The position numbers and the translations under genes are program-made. A stretch of DNA of 64,000 nucleotides from Planctomycetota bacterium (GTDB lineage: Bacteria; Planctomycetota; UBA8108; SXIK01). Shown one piece after another: positions 9,668-19,728 of the stretch. Each line of letters starts with the position of its first letter. Positions within the stretch are counted from its first letter, which is position 1. The notes beneath the pieces were generated by a model, which was not told where the DNA came from, did no database searches, and saw only the letters and a list, made by a program, of their open reading frames with translations. The DNA is taken from the NCBI GenBank assembly GCA_965223845.1, contig CBDCXR010000004.1, forward strand, positions 3,904,001 to 3,968,000. Direction: 5' to 3'.

Positions 9668-9710
9668 GGGGCGGTGCGACACGCTCGAGTGTCGCACCGC
9701 CCCTTTTTTT
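9668..9710 (+). terminator. Rho-independent terminator of the PEP-CTERM gene
   Basis: Perfect 15-bp stem GGGGCGGTGCGACAC / GTGTCGCACCGCCCC with a 6-nt loop, followed by T7. Confidence 0.92.
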
Positions 9711-10028
9711 GTTTCCGACGCACGGATTCCGCCAGCGCCGGCGGACTCGCCCGAGTCGCGTCGCCGGTTCCCGAGCCCCGAGGTTGCCTCAGGGGAATCC
9801 CGATTCGGACTGCGATTCGCATCGCGTTCTACTACGCGCGAGCCGAATGCGGCTTAGGACGACAGCGCCGCCGTCCGAAGACAACCAATACGGCCACTCG
9901 ACTACCGGGTCGGAGATGGTACGCCCGATCGTCCACCGCGGGTGAGCCACGACGCCTGTCGGTCGAGGACGAGGGGCTGCCGATAAGGTTCGGTGGATCG
10001 ACCTCTAGACTCGCGAGGGAACCGCCCC

Positions 10029-13000
10029 ATGAAGGCGCGCATCATCGTTCTCGTTCTGTTCATCGCAGCGATCGCTGCGGTTCCTCTCTACATCCTTCGC
10101 GACACTCACGAGGCTCGGCTGCGGCGCTGGCGAGAAGCCTCGCGCTTCTTCTTCCAGGACCTCGGCGATCTCCGCATCGCGGACGAGCTCAATCGGCGCG
10201 TGCTCGAGCTCCTCCCGAAGTCGTCGATCGACCGTTACATCCGCGCTCTGATCCTCGAGCGCCGAGGGACGACGAACGATCTACGCCAGTCCCTCGCCCT
10301 CTTCGAGGAGCTCGCGCAGCCCGGAGGAGGCGGCACGCCGACGATTCGGCTCCATCAGGCGCGGATCTACCGGAAGCTGGGCGACTACTACCGCGCTCAG
10401 GGAGCAGCCGTGAGCGTGATCGATCACGCGCCGTTCGAAGCCACGCTCGACATGGGGCTGACGAGCCTCAGCGCTCTTTCTCCGCAGAGCGCACTCGTCT
10501 TCTTTCGCCGCGCCAAGTCGCAGTTTGCGAAGACCGACGCCCACCGCGCTCTCGTCGACAGTTGGATCGCCAAAGCTCACGCGCAGCGTCTCGAGATCGA
10601 GGCCATGACGTCGGACGAGGAGCGCGAGCGCGTTCGCGGTGAAGTCCGCGCCGCCTACGCGTCCGCTCGCCGGCATGCTCGAAACGTCGCGGAGACATTC
10701 AGTCAACCGGACCACTACTTCTGGCTCGCGACGCTCGCAGAGTCGCAGTCGGAGTGGGCGGCACCGGGCGAGACACCTCTCCTCGACACTCTTCGGCTGG
10801 TCGAGGTTGCCGCGAGCGACAAGCCGAACGAGTTCGCCGCCTCGAAGTCGTTTCAGCTTCGGCTGGGATCTCTACTCCTCAAGGCCGCGTGGAAGGAAGT
10901 TGATTCAGCGCCGGAGACCGAGGGTTACACGAAGTCGAGCCTCGAGGAGAGGGGCGTCCGCAGTCTCCTCGGGGCGATCGACGGCTTACCCGCATCCGAA
11001 GGCGCCGAGCTCGTCCGCTTCGACCCGAGCGACGAATTCCGCGAGAACCTCGAATCGACGGACATCCGAGAAAGCGAGCGCCACGAGAAGTGGCGAAACT
11101 ACGTCCTCAGCATGATCGCGATCTCGAAGCTGTTTCTCCTCTCGCCCGATCACGAGCGGCTGCTCGCGGACGACTCGGCGCTCGCGCTCGCCGATCGGGT
11201 CGCGGATGCCGGAGAAGCGACGGACCGAGAGGTCGCCGACATCTTCACTCTCGTTCGCGCATTCGGGTTCTTGAAGGCAGGTCGCGGGGATGAGGCGGAT
11301 GCGCTTTTCCAGCGCTACATCGACGTCCGCGAACCGGATGAACGGCCGCTCGGATACGTTCTCCTCGCCGAACAGACCGCACACGTCTTCCCCTCCGAAG
11401 GTCGCGTCCTGCGCTTCCTCGATGCATTCGACACGGCGATCGCCGATCCCCTCGCGTTTCTCGACCGCCGGCTTCGCCTCCTCGTCGCGGCCGCGAACGA
11501 CGCCGTTCTCTCCGGTGAAGCACGACCACGACTCAAACGAACGATCGCAAGCGCGTCTGCGGCGGCGAAGTCGCTCTCGGAGGTGCGAAGTCTCGTACAA
11601 GTGCTTCGCAACATCGGCCGCACGGACGACGCGATCGCGCTGGTCGAACGCGCACAGAACGCGTCGCCGGACAATCCTTCGCTCGCTCTCCTCCTCGGTG
11701 AGCTTCTCGGAGAGAAGTTCCGCGCGAGGACCGCCGGGCGCGACGAGACCGTGCGCGTGCTCAAAGGGTATCTCCGGCTGTTCCTCGAGCGACCCGGTCG
11801 ATCGGCCGCGCTGCTCCCGCATCTGCAGGATGTCCTCCGCTACGCGCGGCTGACGATTCCGGGCCTCGCCCTCGAAGAAGTCCTGAAGGACCGATACCCG
11901 GCGGCGGAGGCCGCTTCGCTCGCCTCCTTCGGTCTCGTCGTAAGCGCGTTCCTCGAGCAGGATTTTTCGGCTGCGCTCGCGCTCGTCGAACGCATCGGTG
12001 ACCGTACGCCCTTCGACCCGATGCTCGGATTCATCGAGGCGTCGAGCCTGCTTCAAACCGCACGCCGGACGGCGAACGGCGATCAACGTGCGAGTCTCAC
12101 CGAGAGAGCGAAGCAGAAATTCGAAGCGACCCGCGCGCTTGCCGCGAGTCGCCTCGAGCTCGTTCAACTGCGTCTCGCCGCCGCCGTGGCGAGCAATCAG
12201 GTGACGGCGGAGCTCGTCAGCGATCTTCGCCGGGAGCTGAAGGAGATCGCGATTCCGTTCCAATCGAACTGGCTGCTCGCGCAGACCCTCGATGCGTACT
12301 CGAACACTCTCGTCCGAGAAGGCCGCGTGGGGACTCCGGAGGGGACGGCGATTCTCGACGAGCTCGTGACCACCGCCCGCGCGACGATCCAGGCGCGCCC
12401 GAGCTTCAGCGCGGGGTACCCCCTCCTCGCGAGCGCTCTCGTGCGGGGCGCGGAACAGAAGCGCGCCGCGCTTCTCACCGGTGAGGACCGTGCACTCTAC
12501 GCGCGGGCGTCGGCGATCGTTCGCTCGGCACCGCTGCTCACCCCGGTCGCGGTCACTCGCCTCGCGCGCTACGCCGATCGGATCGGAGACTCCGAATCGG
12601 CGCGCCGGTATCTCGTCGCCCTCGGAACGATCCACCCGACGGAGGCGCTGCTGCGGAGCATCGTCGAGCTCTCCGTCCGCACGGGTCGCGCACCGGAGGT
12701 GAGACGACTCCTCGCCGACGAGTTCGATCGCGCGGCGACGGCTCCCCTCAAGGAGGCCCAGGAATCGCTCGTTCAGCGGGTAGGCGCCGCAACCGAGTCG
12801 AGTCGCTTCGAGGAATCGTGGCGCGCCGTTCTCGCGCTCGTCGCCGAGGCGGAGGCGAGCTCCGAGTGGGCCGGGGTCTTCCCGACGATCCTCCGCGGGA
12901 AATTCTCGCCGCATCCGTGGTTCGAACCGTCGCGCCTCGCTCTCCTCGCGCAGGTCTACGTCGAAGAGAACCGGTCGACTCCCCGCGAGGATCTCCGCAA

Positions 13001-13457
13001 TCGCATCTTCGGGTACTTCGAGCGCGCCGTCGCCGCATTCGAATCTCGGGGCCCGGTTCCGATCGGACTCCTCAACAACTACGCGTGGGAACTCTCCGCC
13101 GACCCGTCGACCGAGCGCCGCGAACTCGCGGTGAACATAGCGAAGACGGCACTCGATCTTTCCGCCGAGCTCCGTTCCCGCGGCACCGTGCACGACACCT
13201 ACGCCTGGTCACTCTACAAGGTCGGCCGCCTCGAAGACTCGGAGCGCGAGTACGAGCGACTCCTCGAGTTCGACGACCGCCCCGTCTTCCGCTTCCATCT
13301 CGCGACCGTTCTCTACGATCTCGGTGAGTATCGCCGCGCACAGGAGCACGTTCAGGCGCTCGAAGGGAGCGTCGACGGAATCGACTTCGACCTCGAGCTC
13401 GAGTCGCTCCGGCGAAAGCTCTTCTCGAAAATGCGCGAGGAGCGCGAGCTCGAATAG
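10029..13457 (+). CDS. Large membrane-anchored TPR-like repeat protein
   Basis: N-terminal TM (RIIVLVLFIAAIAAVPLYIL); all-helical composition; C-terminal TPR LLNNYAWEL...HDTYAWSLYKVGRLEDS...FRFHLATVL. Start set at ATG 10029. Confidence 0.8.
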   Translation: MKARIIVLVLFIAAIAAVPLYILRDTHEARLRRWREASRFFFQDLGDLRIADELNRRVLELLPKSSIDRYIRALILERRGTTNDLRQSLALFEELAQPGGGGTPTIRLHQARIYRKLGDYYRAQGAAVSVIDHAPFEATLDMGLTSLSALSPQSALVFFRRAKSQFAKTDAHRALVDSWIAKAHAQRLEIEAMTSDEERERVRGEVRAAYASARRHARNVAETFSQPDHYFWLATLAESQSEWAAPGETPLLDTLRLVEVAASDKPNEFAASKSFQLRLGSLLLKAAWKEVDSAPETEGYTKSSLEERGVRSLLGAIDGLPASEGAELVRFDPSDEFRENLESTDIRESERHEKWRNYVLSMIAISKLFLLSPDHERLLADDSALALADRVADAGEATDREVADIFTLVRAFGFLKAGRGDEADALFQRYIDVREPDERPLGYVLLAEQTAHVFPSEGRVLRFLDAFDTAIADPLAFLDRRLRLLVAAANDAVLSGEARPRLKRTIASASAAAKSLSEVRSLVQVLRNIGRTDDAIALVERAQNASPDNPSLALLLGELLGEKFRARTAGRDETVRVLKGYLRLFLERPGRSAALLPHLQDVLRYARLTIPGLALEEVLKDRYPAAEAASLASFGLVVSAFLEQDFSAALALVERIGDRTPFDPMLGFIEASSLLQTARRTANGDQRASLTERAKQKFEATRALAASRLELVQLRLAAAVASNQVTAELVSDLRRELKEIAIPFQSNWLLAQTLDAYSNTLVREGRVGTPEGTAILDELVTTARATIQARPSFSAGYPLLASALVRGAEQKRAALLTGEDRALYARASAIVRSAPLLTPVAVTRLARYADRIGDSESARRYLVALGTIHPTEALLRSIVELSVRTGRAPEVRRLLADEFDRAATAPLKEAQESLVQRVGAATESSRFEESWRAVLALVAEAEASSEWAGVFPTILRGKFSPHPWFEPSRLALLAQVYVEENRSTPREDLRNRIFGYFERAVAAFESRGPVPIGLLNNYAWELSADPSTERRELAVNIAKTALDLSAELRSRGTVHDTYAWSLYKVGRLEDSEREYERLLEFDDRPVFRFHLATVLYDLGEYRRAQEHVQALEGSVDGIDFDLELESLRRKLFSKMREERELE

Positions 13458-13523
13458 GACCGAGCGATTCTCGGCTCGGCGATTCGCTCGGCAATGCAGC
13501 CCCGAGCGGAAGAACGACCGCGC

Positions 13524-14630
13524 TCACTCGGGAGACTCTCTCCCCCCGAGGAGTTCGTCGACGAGTGCGGCGTACCGCTCGCCGGCTCGCTCCCACGTGT
13601 AGCTTCGGCTCCGTTCGAGTCCGCGATCACGCAGCTCCCGGCGGAGATCCGCGTCCCGGATGATTCGGTCGATGGCGCCAGTGAGTCCGGAGACGTCGCA
13701 CGGGTCGACCGAGAGTGCGGCTTCTCCGCAGACTTCGGGGAGACTCGCCGCCGACGAGGCGACGACCGGGCAGCCGCTCGCCATCGCTTCGATGACCGGA
13801 AGCCCGAACCCTTCGTAGAGGCTCGGGAACACGAACGCGAGCGCGCGACGATAGAGCGCGGCGAGCTCCTCGTCGCTCTGGGATCCGAGAAGACGAACGC
13901 CGGGCGTCGTCTCGGCTAGACGTCTCGTCTCCGAGCGGCGGTGGCAGTCGAGTTCCGAACCGACGATCCAGAGCTCCGTCTGCGTGTGATCGAGCCGAGC
14001 GTAGGCGCGGATCAGCCGCGCGAGATTCTTCCTCGGATCGAGGGAGCCCACCGCAAGTAGATATGACCCGTTCTCGGCCGGCGATGAGCTCTCGGCCGCT
14101 CGACGAAATAGTGCCGACACTCCACAGGGAATCACGTGAAGCCGTGATGAGTCGACGCCAGCGAGCGCGGAGATCTCACGGCGCGAAAACTCGCTGTCCG
14201 TGACGACAGCGAGCGCCCGGCGCGCGACACGCGGGACGAGGCGGCGGTACACGGCGACGAAGCGGCGCGAGAACCACTCGGGGTGGCGGAGAAACGATAC
14301 GTCATGAAGCGTGAGAACTTGGTGCGGATACCGTAAGGGCCCGGTGTTCCCGAGGCCGACGAGGAGCGGATTCCCCGCGCGCCCGAGCGCTCGAGGAATC
14401 GCGCATTGCTCCCAAACGTGGCCCGCTCCCCCGCCGACGGCGTCGAGCGGTAAGGGTCTCGCACGCGCGTCGAGCTTCGCGGCGGCGCGCCGAGGTATCC
14501 AGACCCGCACGCCTCGCACGCGCTCTGAGAGCTCACACGAGAGCTCGAACGCATAACGCTGGACGCCCGTTCGACGCTGCGCGAGGAACCGGCCGTTCAC
14601 CACGACGCGCGGGGGATCGTCACCGAACAT
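13524..14630 (-). CDS. Glycosyltransferase family 4 (GT-B; MtfB/WbpX-like)
   Basis: NGRFLAQRRTGVQRYA, VGSLDPRKNL, FVFPSLYEGFGLPVIEAMASGCPV. Start set at ATG 14630. Confidence 0.9.
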   Translation of the reverse strand: MFGDDPPRVVVNGRFLAQRRTGVQRYAFELSCELSERVRGVRVWIPRRAAAKLDARARPLPLDAVGGGAGHVWEQCAIPRALGRAGNPLLVGLGNTGPLRYPHQVLTLHDVSFLRHPEWFSRRFVAVYRRLVPRVARRALAVVTDSEFSRREISALAGVDSSRLHVIPCGVSALFRRAAESSSPAENGSYLLAVGSLDPRKNLARLIRAYARLDHTQTELWIVGSELDCHRRSETRRLAETTPGVRLLGSQSDEELAALYRRALAFVFPSLYEGFGLPVIEAMASGCPVVASSAASLPEVCGEAALSVDPCDVSGLTGAIDRIIRDADLRRELRDRGLERSRSYTWERAGERYAALVDELLGGRESPE

Positions 14631-14725
14631 CGCGTCCAAGCTCCGAGACGTTCGCTTGAAGGTCGCGTGGGCAGAGAAGAGAATAGGCTCCTTCCTCACC
14701 AGCCGATTCGCCAAGGAGAAGAACC

Positions 14726-15988
14726 ATGCGCCGAGCCTCTCTCTTCATCGCTCCTCTTGCCGCTTTATTCTTCGTCACCACGCCGCCGTCGAACGCGAAC
14801 GATCACGGTCCCGGCGAGTGGGTCTCGCTTTTCAATGGAACGGATCTGACCGGGTGGACGGCCGCGAAGCCGCGATCGAGAGCGGAGAATCAGAAGAAGA
14901 ACACGTGGAAGGTCGACGCTGGCACGCTCACGAACGGCGCCAAAGGGCAAAACGATCTTTGCACGACCGCGGAGTTCGACAACTACGAGCTCGAGATCGA
15001 GTACAAGATCAACGAACGCGGAAACAGCGGTGTCTACCTCCGCGGCCAGATCGAGATCCAGATCTTCGACAGTTGGAAAAAGAAGGACGAAGAGCTGAAA
15101 TCCGTAGACGCTGGCGCGATCTACGGCGGCAACTTCGTCGCGCTCAAGAACGCGCAGAAGCCGGTCGGCGAGTGGAATCAGTACCGCGTTCTCCACGTGG
15201 GCCATCGCATCACTGTCTGGCACAACGGAGTTCTCATCCAGGACAACGTCTACGCTGACTCGAAGACGGGCGGGGCGATGACGGAAACGCCGGGCGGGCG
15301 AAAGCTCGAGACGGACCGCGGTCCTCTCATGCTCCAGGGCGACCACGAACACGTCTGGTACCGGAACATTCGCGTCCGCCCCGTGTGCAGCCCCGGCGCT
15401 GGCTGGCGCGCGATCTGGAACGGCGCCGACGACAACGCGGACCTTTCCGCGTTCACCGCCAAAGGAAACGATCAGCGCCTCGCCGAAGGCTGGAAGGTCG
15501 CCGATCGCGCGTTCTACAACGCGAAGTGGGGCGGTGAAAAGGGCGGTCACGGCTTCGACATCTGGACCAAAGAGAACTTCGGGAACTTCATCGCCTACTA
15601 CGCCTACAAGAGCAACTCGAAGACGGAAGGCGGAAACAGCGGGTTCTACCTGCGAGACCAGTGGGAGATCCAGATCTTCAAGGACAGCAGCCTCACGGAC
15701 AAGCACCGCGACGGCGCGCTCTACTCGATCTATCCCCCGGTCGCACTCGCTCGCCACGGCGAGGAACAGTGGAATCACGTGTTCGTGAAGCTGAACAACA
15801 TGAAGATCTGGGTCTGGCAGAACGGGAAGTTGATTCACGACGGGAGGATCTGTCCCCGGCGCACGGACAGCGGAAAACCGACGACGGCGTTCCACCGCGC
15901 GCCATTCAAGATCCAAGGCGACCACGGCCAGGTGCACTTCTCGAACATCTGGATCAAGGAGCTGCCGGACACGAAGCACGCGGACTGA
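14726..15988 (+). CDS. Secreted tandem DUF1080 (3-keto-disaccharide hydrolase-like) protein
   Basis: Signal peptide; two repeats with LFNGTDLTGW, GNSGVYLRG..EIQI, GAIY, GEWN, LQGDH..V.YRNI and GNSGFYLR, IQGDH..FSNIWIKEL. Confidence 0.9.
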   Translation: MRRASLFIAPLAALFFVTTPPSNANDHGPGEWVSLFNGTDLTGWTAAKPRSRAENQKKNTWKVDAGTLTNGAKGQNDLCTTAEFDNYELEIEYKINERGNSGVYLRGQIEIQIFDSWKKKDEELKSVDAGAIYGGNFVALKNAQKPVGEWNQYRVLHVGHRITVWHNGVLIQDNVYADSKTGGAMTETPGGRKLETDRGPLMLQGDHEHVWYRNIRVRPVCSPGAGWRAIWNGADDNADLSAFTAKGNDQRLAEGWKVADRAFYNAKWGGEKGGHGFDIWTKENFGNFIAYYAYKSNSKTEGGNSGFYLRDQWEIQIFKDSSLTDKHRDGALYSIYPPVALARHGEEQWNHVFVKLNNMKIWVWQNGKLIHDGRICPRRTDSGKPTTAFHRAPFKIQGDHGQVHFSNIWIKELPDTKHAD

Positions 15989-16152
15989 GAGCGCGCTCGA
16001 GCGCCGAGAAAGCGCGTCGCACCGGAAACGCCCTCGCTCAGATTCGAAGCCGTGCGGAAGACCGGCTCGCCCGGGTGAAGCCGCCGTCGCTCCGCCGTGC
16101 CCGTGCCGAAGTTTCGCGGTCGGGGCTTCGCGAAAGCCTCAAGGGAAGGTCG

Positions 16153-17682
16153 TCAACTCGACTCGCGGGCGGCGAAGAATCGTCCGTACACCTCTGAGGA
16201 CGGCGCTGCGGTAGCGAGGCTTACAAAGATGAGCGCCGCGATCGAGAGTCCGGCGGCTGGATAGGTGGGCTCCGAGAGGAACGGTCCCCACTCCGACACC
16301 TTGATCCCCTCGATCCGCGGGAGAACGAACGCCCAGACGAGCGTCACGATCGTCCCGGCGAGGATGGACGCGACCGCCCCCGCGGCCGTGGCTCGCTTCC
16401 ACAAGAACGCGGCAAGCAACGCGGGCGCGATCGCCGCCCCGTACACGGTGTACGCCGTCACCGCGGCTTCGAGCACGGTCTCGAACTCTTGGACGAGCAG
16501 ATACGCGATCCCCGCGAGCACCAGGATGAGCACACGCGTGAGACCGACGAGGAAGCGCTCCGAAGCGCCCGGACGAAGAACCTGGTACACGTCTCGCGTG
16601 AGATTCGTCGCGGGAATCAAGAGGAACGAGTCCGCCGTCGACACGGCGATCGCCATCATCGTCGCCACGAGAACGAGACCGATGACCTTGGGCATGAACG
16701 TCGCCGTCGCGACGACGGGGATGATGTTCTCAGTTGCATCTGGTGCCAGAACGATCTTCTCCTGCTCGACCGCAACGCTGCCGACGAGACCGAAGACATT
16801 GATCGCGCCCTCGAGCAGAACGACACCGATCACCCAGAAGAACACCGCCTTCCGCGCGGATCCGCCGTCTTTCGCGCTGAAGATTCGCTGATACATATTG
16901 GCGTCGCCGAGGAGGAGCAGCATCGTTGGAATGAGAAATGCGAACGCGATCGCCGGTGCTTCGCCCGGAGTCGCGCCGTCCACTTCGGCGTGCCAGTGCC
17001 CGAACAGCGTCCATTTCCCGGCGGCTTCGGCGGACTGAACCACGGTCTCCGCTCCGCCGACCTCCGCGAGCAAGAATCCGAGGCCGAGAAAGACGCCGAT
17101 CATCATGATGACACCGTTCACGACGTCCGTATAGACGACCGAGAGCATACCCGCGAGAACCGTATAGAGCGTCGCGAACACCGCCGTGATCACGATCCCG
17201 TTCGCGACCGAGATGTCGCCGTCCGTGATGATGTTGAGGATCCGACCGCCGCCCTTGAACTGATAGGAGACGATCGTCAGGTACGCGATCACGGTCGTCA
17301 CCGTCGCGAGCGACGCCGCGAGGTTGCCGTAGCGTGCACGGAAAATATCCGGAACAGTTACGCCGCCGAGATTCCGTATGCGTTTCGCGATGAAGAAAAT
17401 AAAAACGATGCCGACCCACGCACCCGCGTTCATCCAGAGTCCGGACAGACCGTTCCGAAAGCCGAGCCCCGCCCCGCTGAAGAGCGAACCCGTCCCCATC
17501 CACGTCGCGAGCAACGTTCCGACGAGCACGAACCAGGGAAGTCGGCGCCCCGCGACCATGAAGTCGTCGCTCCCCTTCACGGACTTGGCTTTGTAGGCGC
17601 CGACACCGACGAGAACGAAGAGGTAGAGGAACATCGCGATGATGTAGGGGTTCGTCGCGATGCGGGATAACCAGTCGGGCAT
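16153..17682 (-). CDS. Sodium:solute symporter (SSS) family transporter
   Basis: DFMVAGRRLPW, GGVTVPDIFRARYG, GMLSVVYTD, MYQRIFSAKD, AVSTADS; many TM helices. Start at ATG 17682. Confidence 0.92.
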   Translation of the reverse strand: MPDWLSRIATNPYIIAMFLYLFVLVGVGAYKAKSVKGSDDFMVAGRRLPWFVLVGTLLATWMGTGSLFSGAGLGFRNGLSGLWMNAGAWVGIVFIFFIAKRIRNLGGVTVPDIFRARYGNLAASLATVTTVIAYLTIVSYQFKGGGRILNIITDGDISVANGIVITAVFATLYTVLAGMLSVVYTDVVNGVIMMIGVFLGLGFLLAEVGGAETVVQSAEAAGKWTLFGHWHAEVDGATPGEAPAIAFAFLIPTMLLLLGDANMYQRIFSAKDGGSARKAVFFWVIGVVLLEGAINVFGLVGSVAVEQEKIVLAPDATENIIPVVATATFMPKVIGLVLVATMMAIAVSTADSFLLIPATNLTRDVYQVLRPGASERFLVGLTRVLILVLAGIAYLLVQEFETVLEAAVTAYTVYGAAIAPALLAAFLWKRATAAGAVASILAGTIVTLVWAFVLPRIEGIKVSEWGPFLSEPTYPAAGLSIAALIFVSLATAAPSSEVYGRFFAARESS

Positions 17683-17765
17683 CGAAGCCTCCGGTCTCGT
17701 AGTGCGGTGAGGAACGAGCCGACGAGTGTATCCGCGGCGGGAGCGTCGCACCAGGTGGCGGAAAA

Positions 17766-18506
17766 TCAGTGCGAGCTCGTCCTCGCCAGATCCTTGGGCA
17801 AGAGCGAGCCATCGTGGAGCGCAGTGCCGATCAGAGCTCCCTTCGCGCCGGCGCGCTCGAGAAGATCGAGGTCGCGCGGGGAGCGAACTCCCCCACCGGT
17901 AGAGATCTCTATCTCGGGATGCCGGATCGAGAGCGCTTCGACGAGATCGAGACTCGCGGGCCCAGACCGAGTTCCGACCGCGGCGAGATCCAAGACGATG
18001 ATCCTCCGGTAACCCACGCTCTCGGCAACGGCCACGAGCTCGGCCGGATCGGTCGTCGGCCAGCTCGATCCCTGAGCGAGCGCCCGGCCCGCGCGAAGAT
18101 CGAGACTGAAGATCGCGCGCTCGCGGCCGATCGCCTCGACGACGCTCGCGAGTTCGTCCGGCCCGCGAGCCGTCTCGAGCGCTACGATCACCGCCGTCAC
18201 ACCCGCGTCGAGTTGCCGCCGGGCGCACGCCGCCGTCCGCACGCCGGCGTCGACCATCAGCTGGAAGCCGTTGTCGATGAGCTCGTCGATCGCCGCGCTC
18301 GGATCGGCGCCGCCGGTGAGCGCATCGAGATCGGCTACGTACAGGGAATCGAGGCGGTAGCGATCGCGAATCGCGAGCGCGACGTCGAGAGGACGCGAGC
18401 TCGCGACGAGCTCGCTCGCGAGCGGCTGGTAGCGTTCGCGTTCGCCGCGAACCGCATGGACGGCGATTCCGCCGCGAAGATCGAGGACGGGGTACACTCT
18501 GAGCAT
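17766..18506 (-). CDS. HisA/HisF-related TIM-barrel protein (Orf17-like, H4MPT-linked)
   Basis: YPVLDLRGGIAVHAVRGERERYQPL, LYVADLDAL, FSLDLRAG, IVLDLAAVGT..GP, TGGGVR, IGTALHDG. Start at ATG 18506. Confidence 0.88.
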   Translation of the reverse strand: MLRVYPVLDLRGGIAVHAVRGERERYQPLASELVASSRPLDVALAIRDRYRLDSLYVADLDALTGGADPSAAIDELIDNGFQLMVDAGVRTAACARRQLDAGVTAVIVALETARGPDELASVVEAIGRERAIFSLDLRAGRALAQGSSWPTTDPAELVAVAESVGYRRIIVLDLAAVGTRSGPASLDLVEALSIRHPEIEISTGGGVRSPRDLDLLERAGAKGALIGTALHDGSLLPKDLARTSSH

Positions 18507-18640
18507 CGAGCCGCGAGAGTAACCCGTAGGCCTAACTCGTTCTACTTCGCGCCGTGCGAATCCGGAGTTCCGGGTGAGTCTCCCTCCCGTGCCTCGCGCG
18601 GCATTGGCCGAGAGCGGCGAAAGCTCGTATCCTCTCGGCC

Positions 18641-19726
18641 ATGCGCGTTCATATCTTCGAGCACGTCTGCGGCGGCGGAATGGCACGCGAGAGTCGCCCC
18701 GTCTCGCTCGCCGCGGAAGGACGAGCGATGCTCACGGCGATCATTCGTGATTTCGCCCGCGTCCCCGGCGCGGCGGTCGCGACGACGATGGATAGGCGCG
18801 AGCTCAGTTCCTCGTTCGAGACCGCGGCCCCGTCTGTCGCCGTCCACCCGGTCGCCGATGCGGCGGAGGCTCGCTCGAGATTCGACGAGCTAGCTGCTGA
18901 GAGCGATGCCTCGATCGTCATCGCCCCCGAGACGGACGGAACCCTCGAATCGTGGATCGGGCGACTCGACGCCCTTGGCACCCGGAACCTCGGCAGCTCG
19001 CGCGCGGCGATCGCGCTCGCGAGCGACAAGATCGCAACACACGAACGCCTCGCCGCCGCGGGGATTCCGTCCGTTCCGAGCGTGCCGCTCGGTCGACAGA
19101 TACCGCCATTTCCGCCGCCGTGGATCGTCAAGCCGAGGGACGGCGCGGGCTGCGTCTCGACGCGAGTCGTCCGCACCGCGCGAGAGTTAAGGTCGATCGC
19201 TCGAGGACGAGGGCTCGTGTTGACGCCGTTCGTACCCGGCGTCTCCGCGAGCGTCTCCGTCCTCTGTGGAAGCGCGGCGACGGTCCCACTCGTTCCCGGT
19301 GAGCAATTCATTCGCGGTGAGCGGGAGCTCACCTACGCGGGCGGCCGGCTTCCGCTTCCGCCTCCTCTCGCGCGCCGCGCCTCCGATCTCGCGTGCTCCG
19401 CTGCGGCGAGCATCGCCGGGCTCCGCGGATTCATCGGCGTCGATCTCGTTCTCGGCGACGAGGACCGCGTCATCGAAGTGAACCCGCGCGTCACGACGTC
19501 TTACGTCGCTCTCCGCGAGCTTGCGCACGCGAACCTCGCGGCGGCTTGGCTCGCGCTGGACCGCGGCGAATCGCCGGACCTCGACTGGCGTGATGATCGC
19601 ATCCGCTTCACTCACGAAGGCGAGATCGAATTCGAATTCGGACCCGAGCGCGAGCGCACCGAGCTCCTCGCGACCCCGGGCACTCGGCTCGATTCGTCCC
19701 GGTGGCAAGTCGGCAATCCGAGGTAG
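18641..19726 (+). CDS. ATP-grasp protein, tyramine-L-glutamate ligase (MfnD/OrfY)-like
   Basis: HIFEHVCGGG, SLAAEGRAML, IVIAPETDG, ASDK, IVKPRDGAG, GFIGVDLV, IEVNPRVTTSY. Confidence 0.82.
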   Translation: MRVHIFEHVCGGGMARESRPVSLAAEGRAMLTAIIRDFARVPGAAVATTMDRRELSSSFETAAPSVAVHPVADAAEARSRFDELAAESDASIVIAPETDGTLESWIGRLDALGTRNLGSSRAAIALASDKIATHERLAAAGIPSVPSVPLGRQIPPFPPPWIVKPRDGAGCVSTRVVRTARELRSIARGRGLVLTPFVPGVSASVSVLCGSAATVPLVPGEQFIRGERELTYAGGRLPLPPPLARRASDLACSAAASIAGLRGFIGVDLVLGDEDRVIEVNPRVTTSYVALRELAHANLAAAWLALDRGESPDLDWRDDRIRFTHEGEIEFEFGPERERTELLATPGTRLDSSRWQVGNPR

Positions 19727-19728
19727 TC

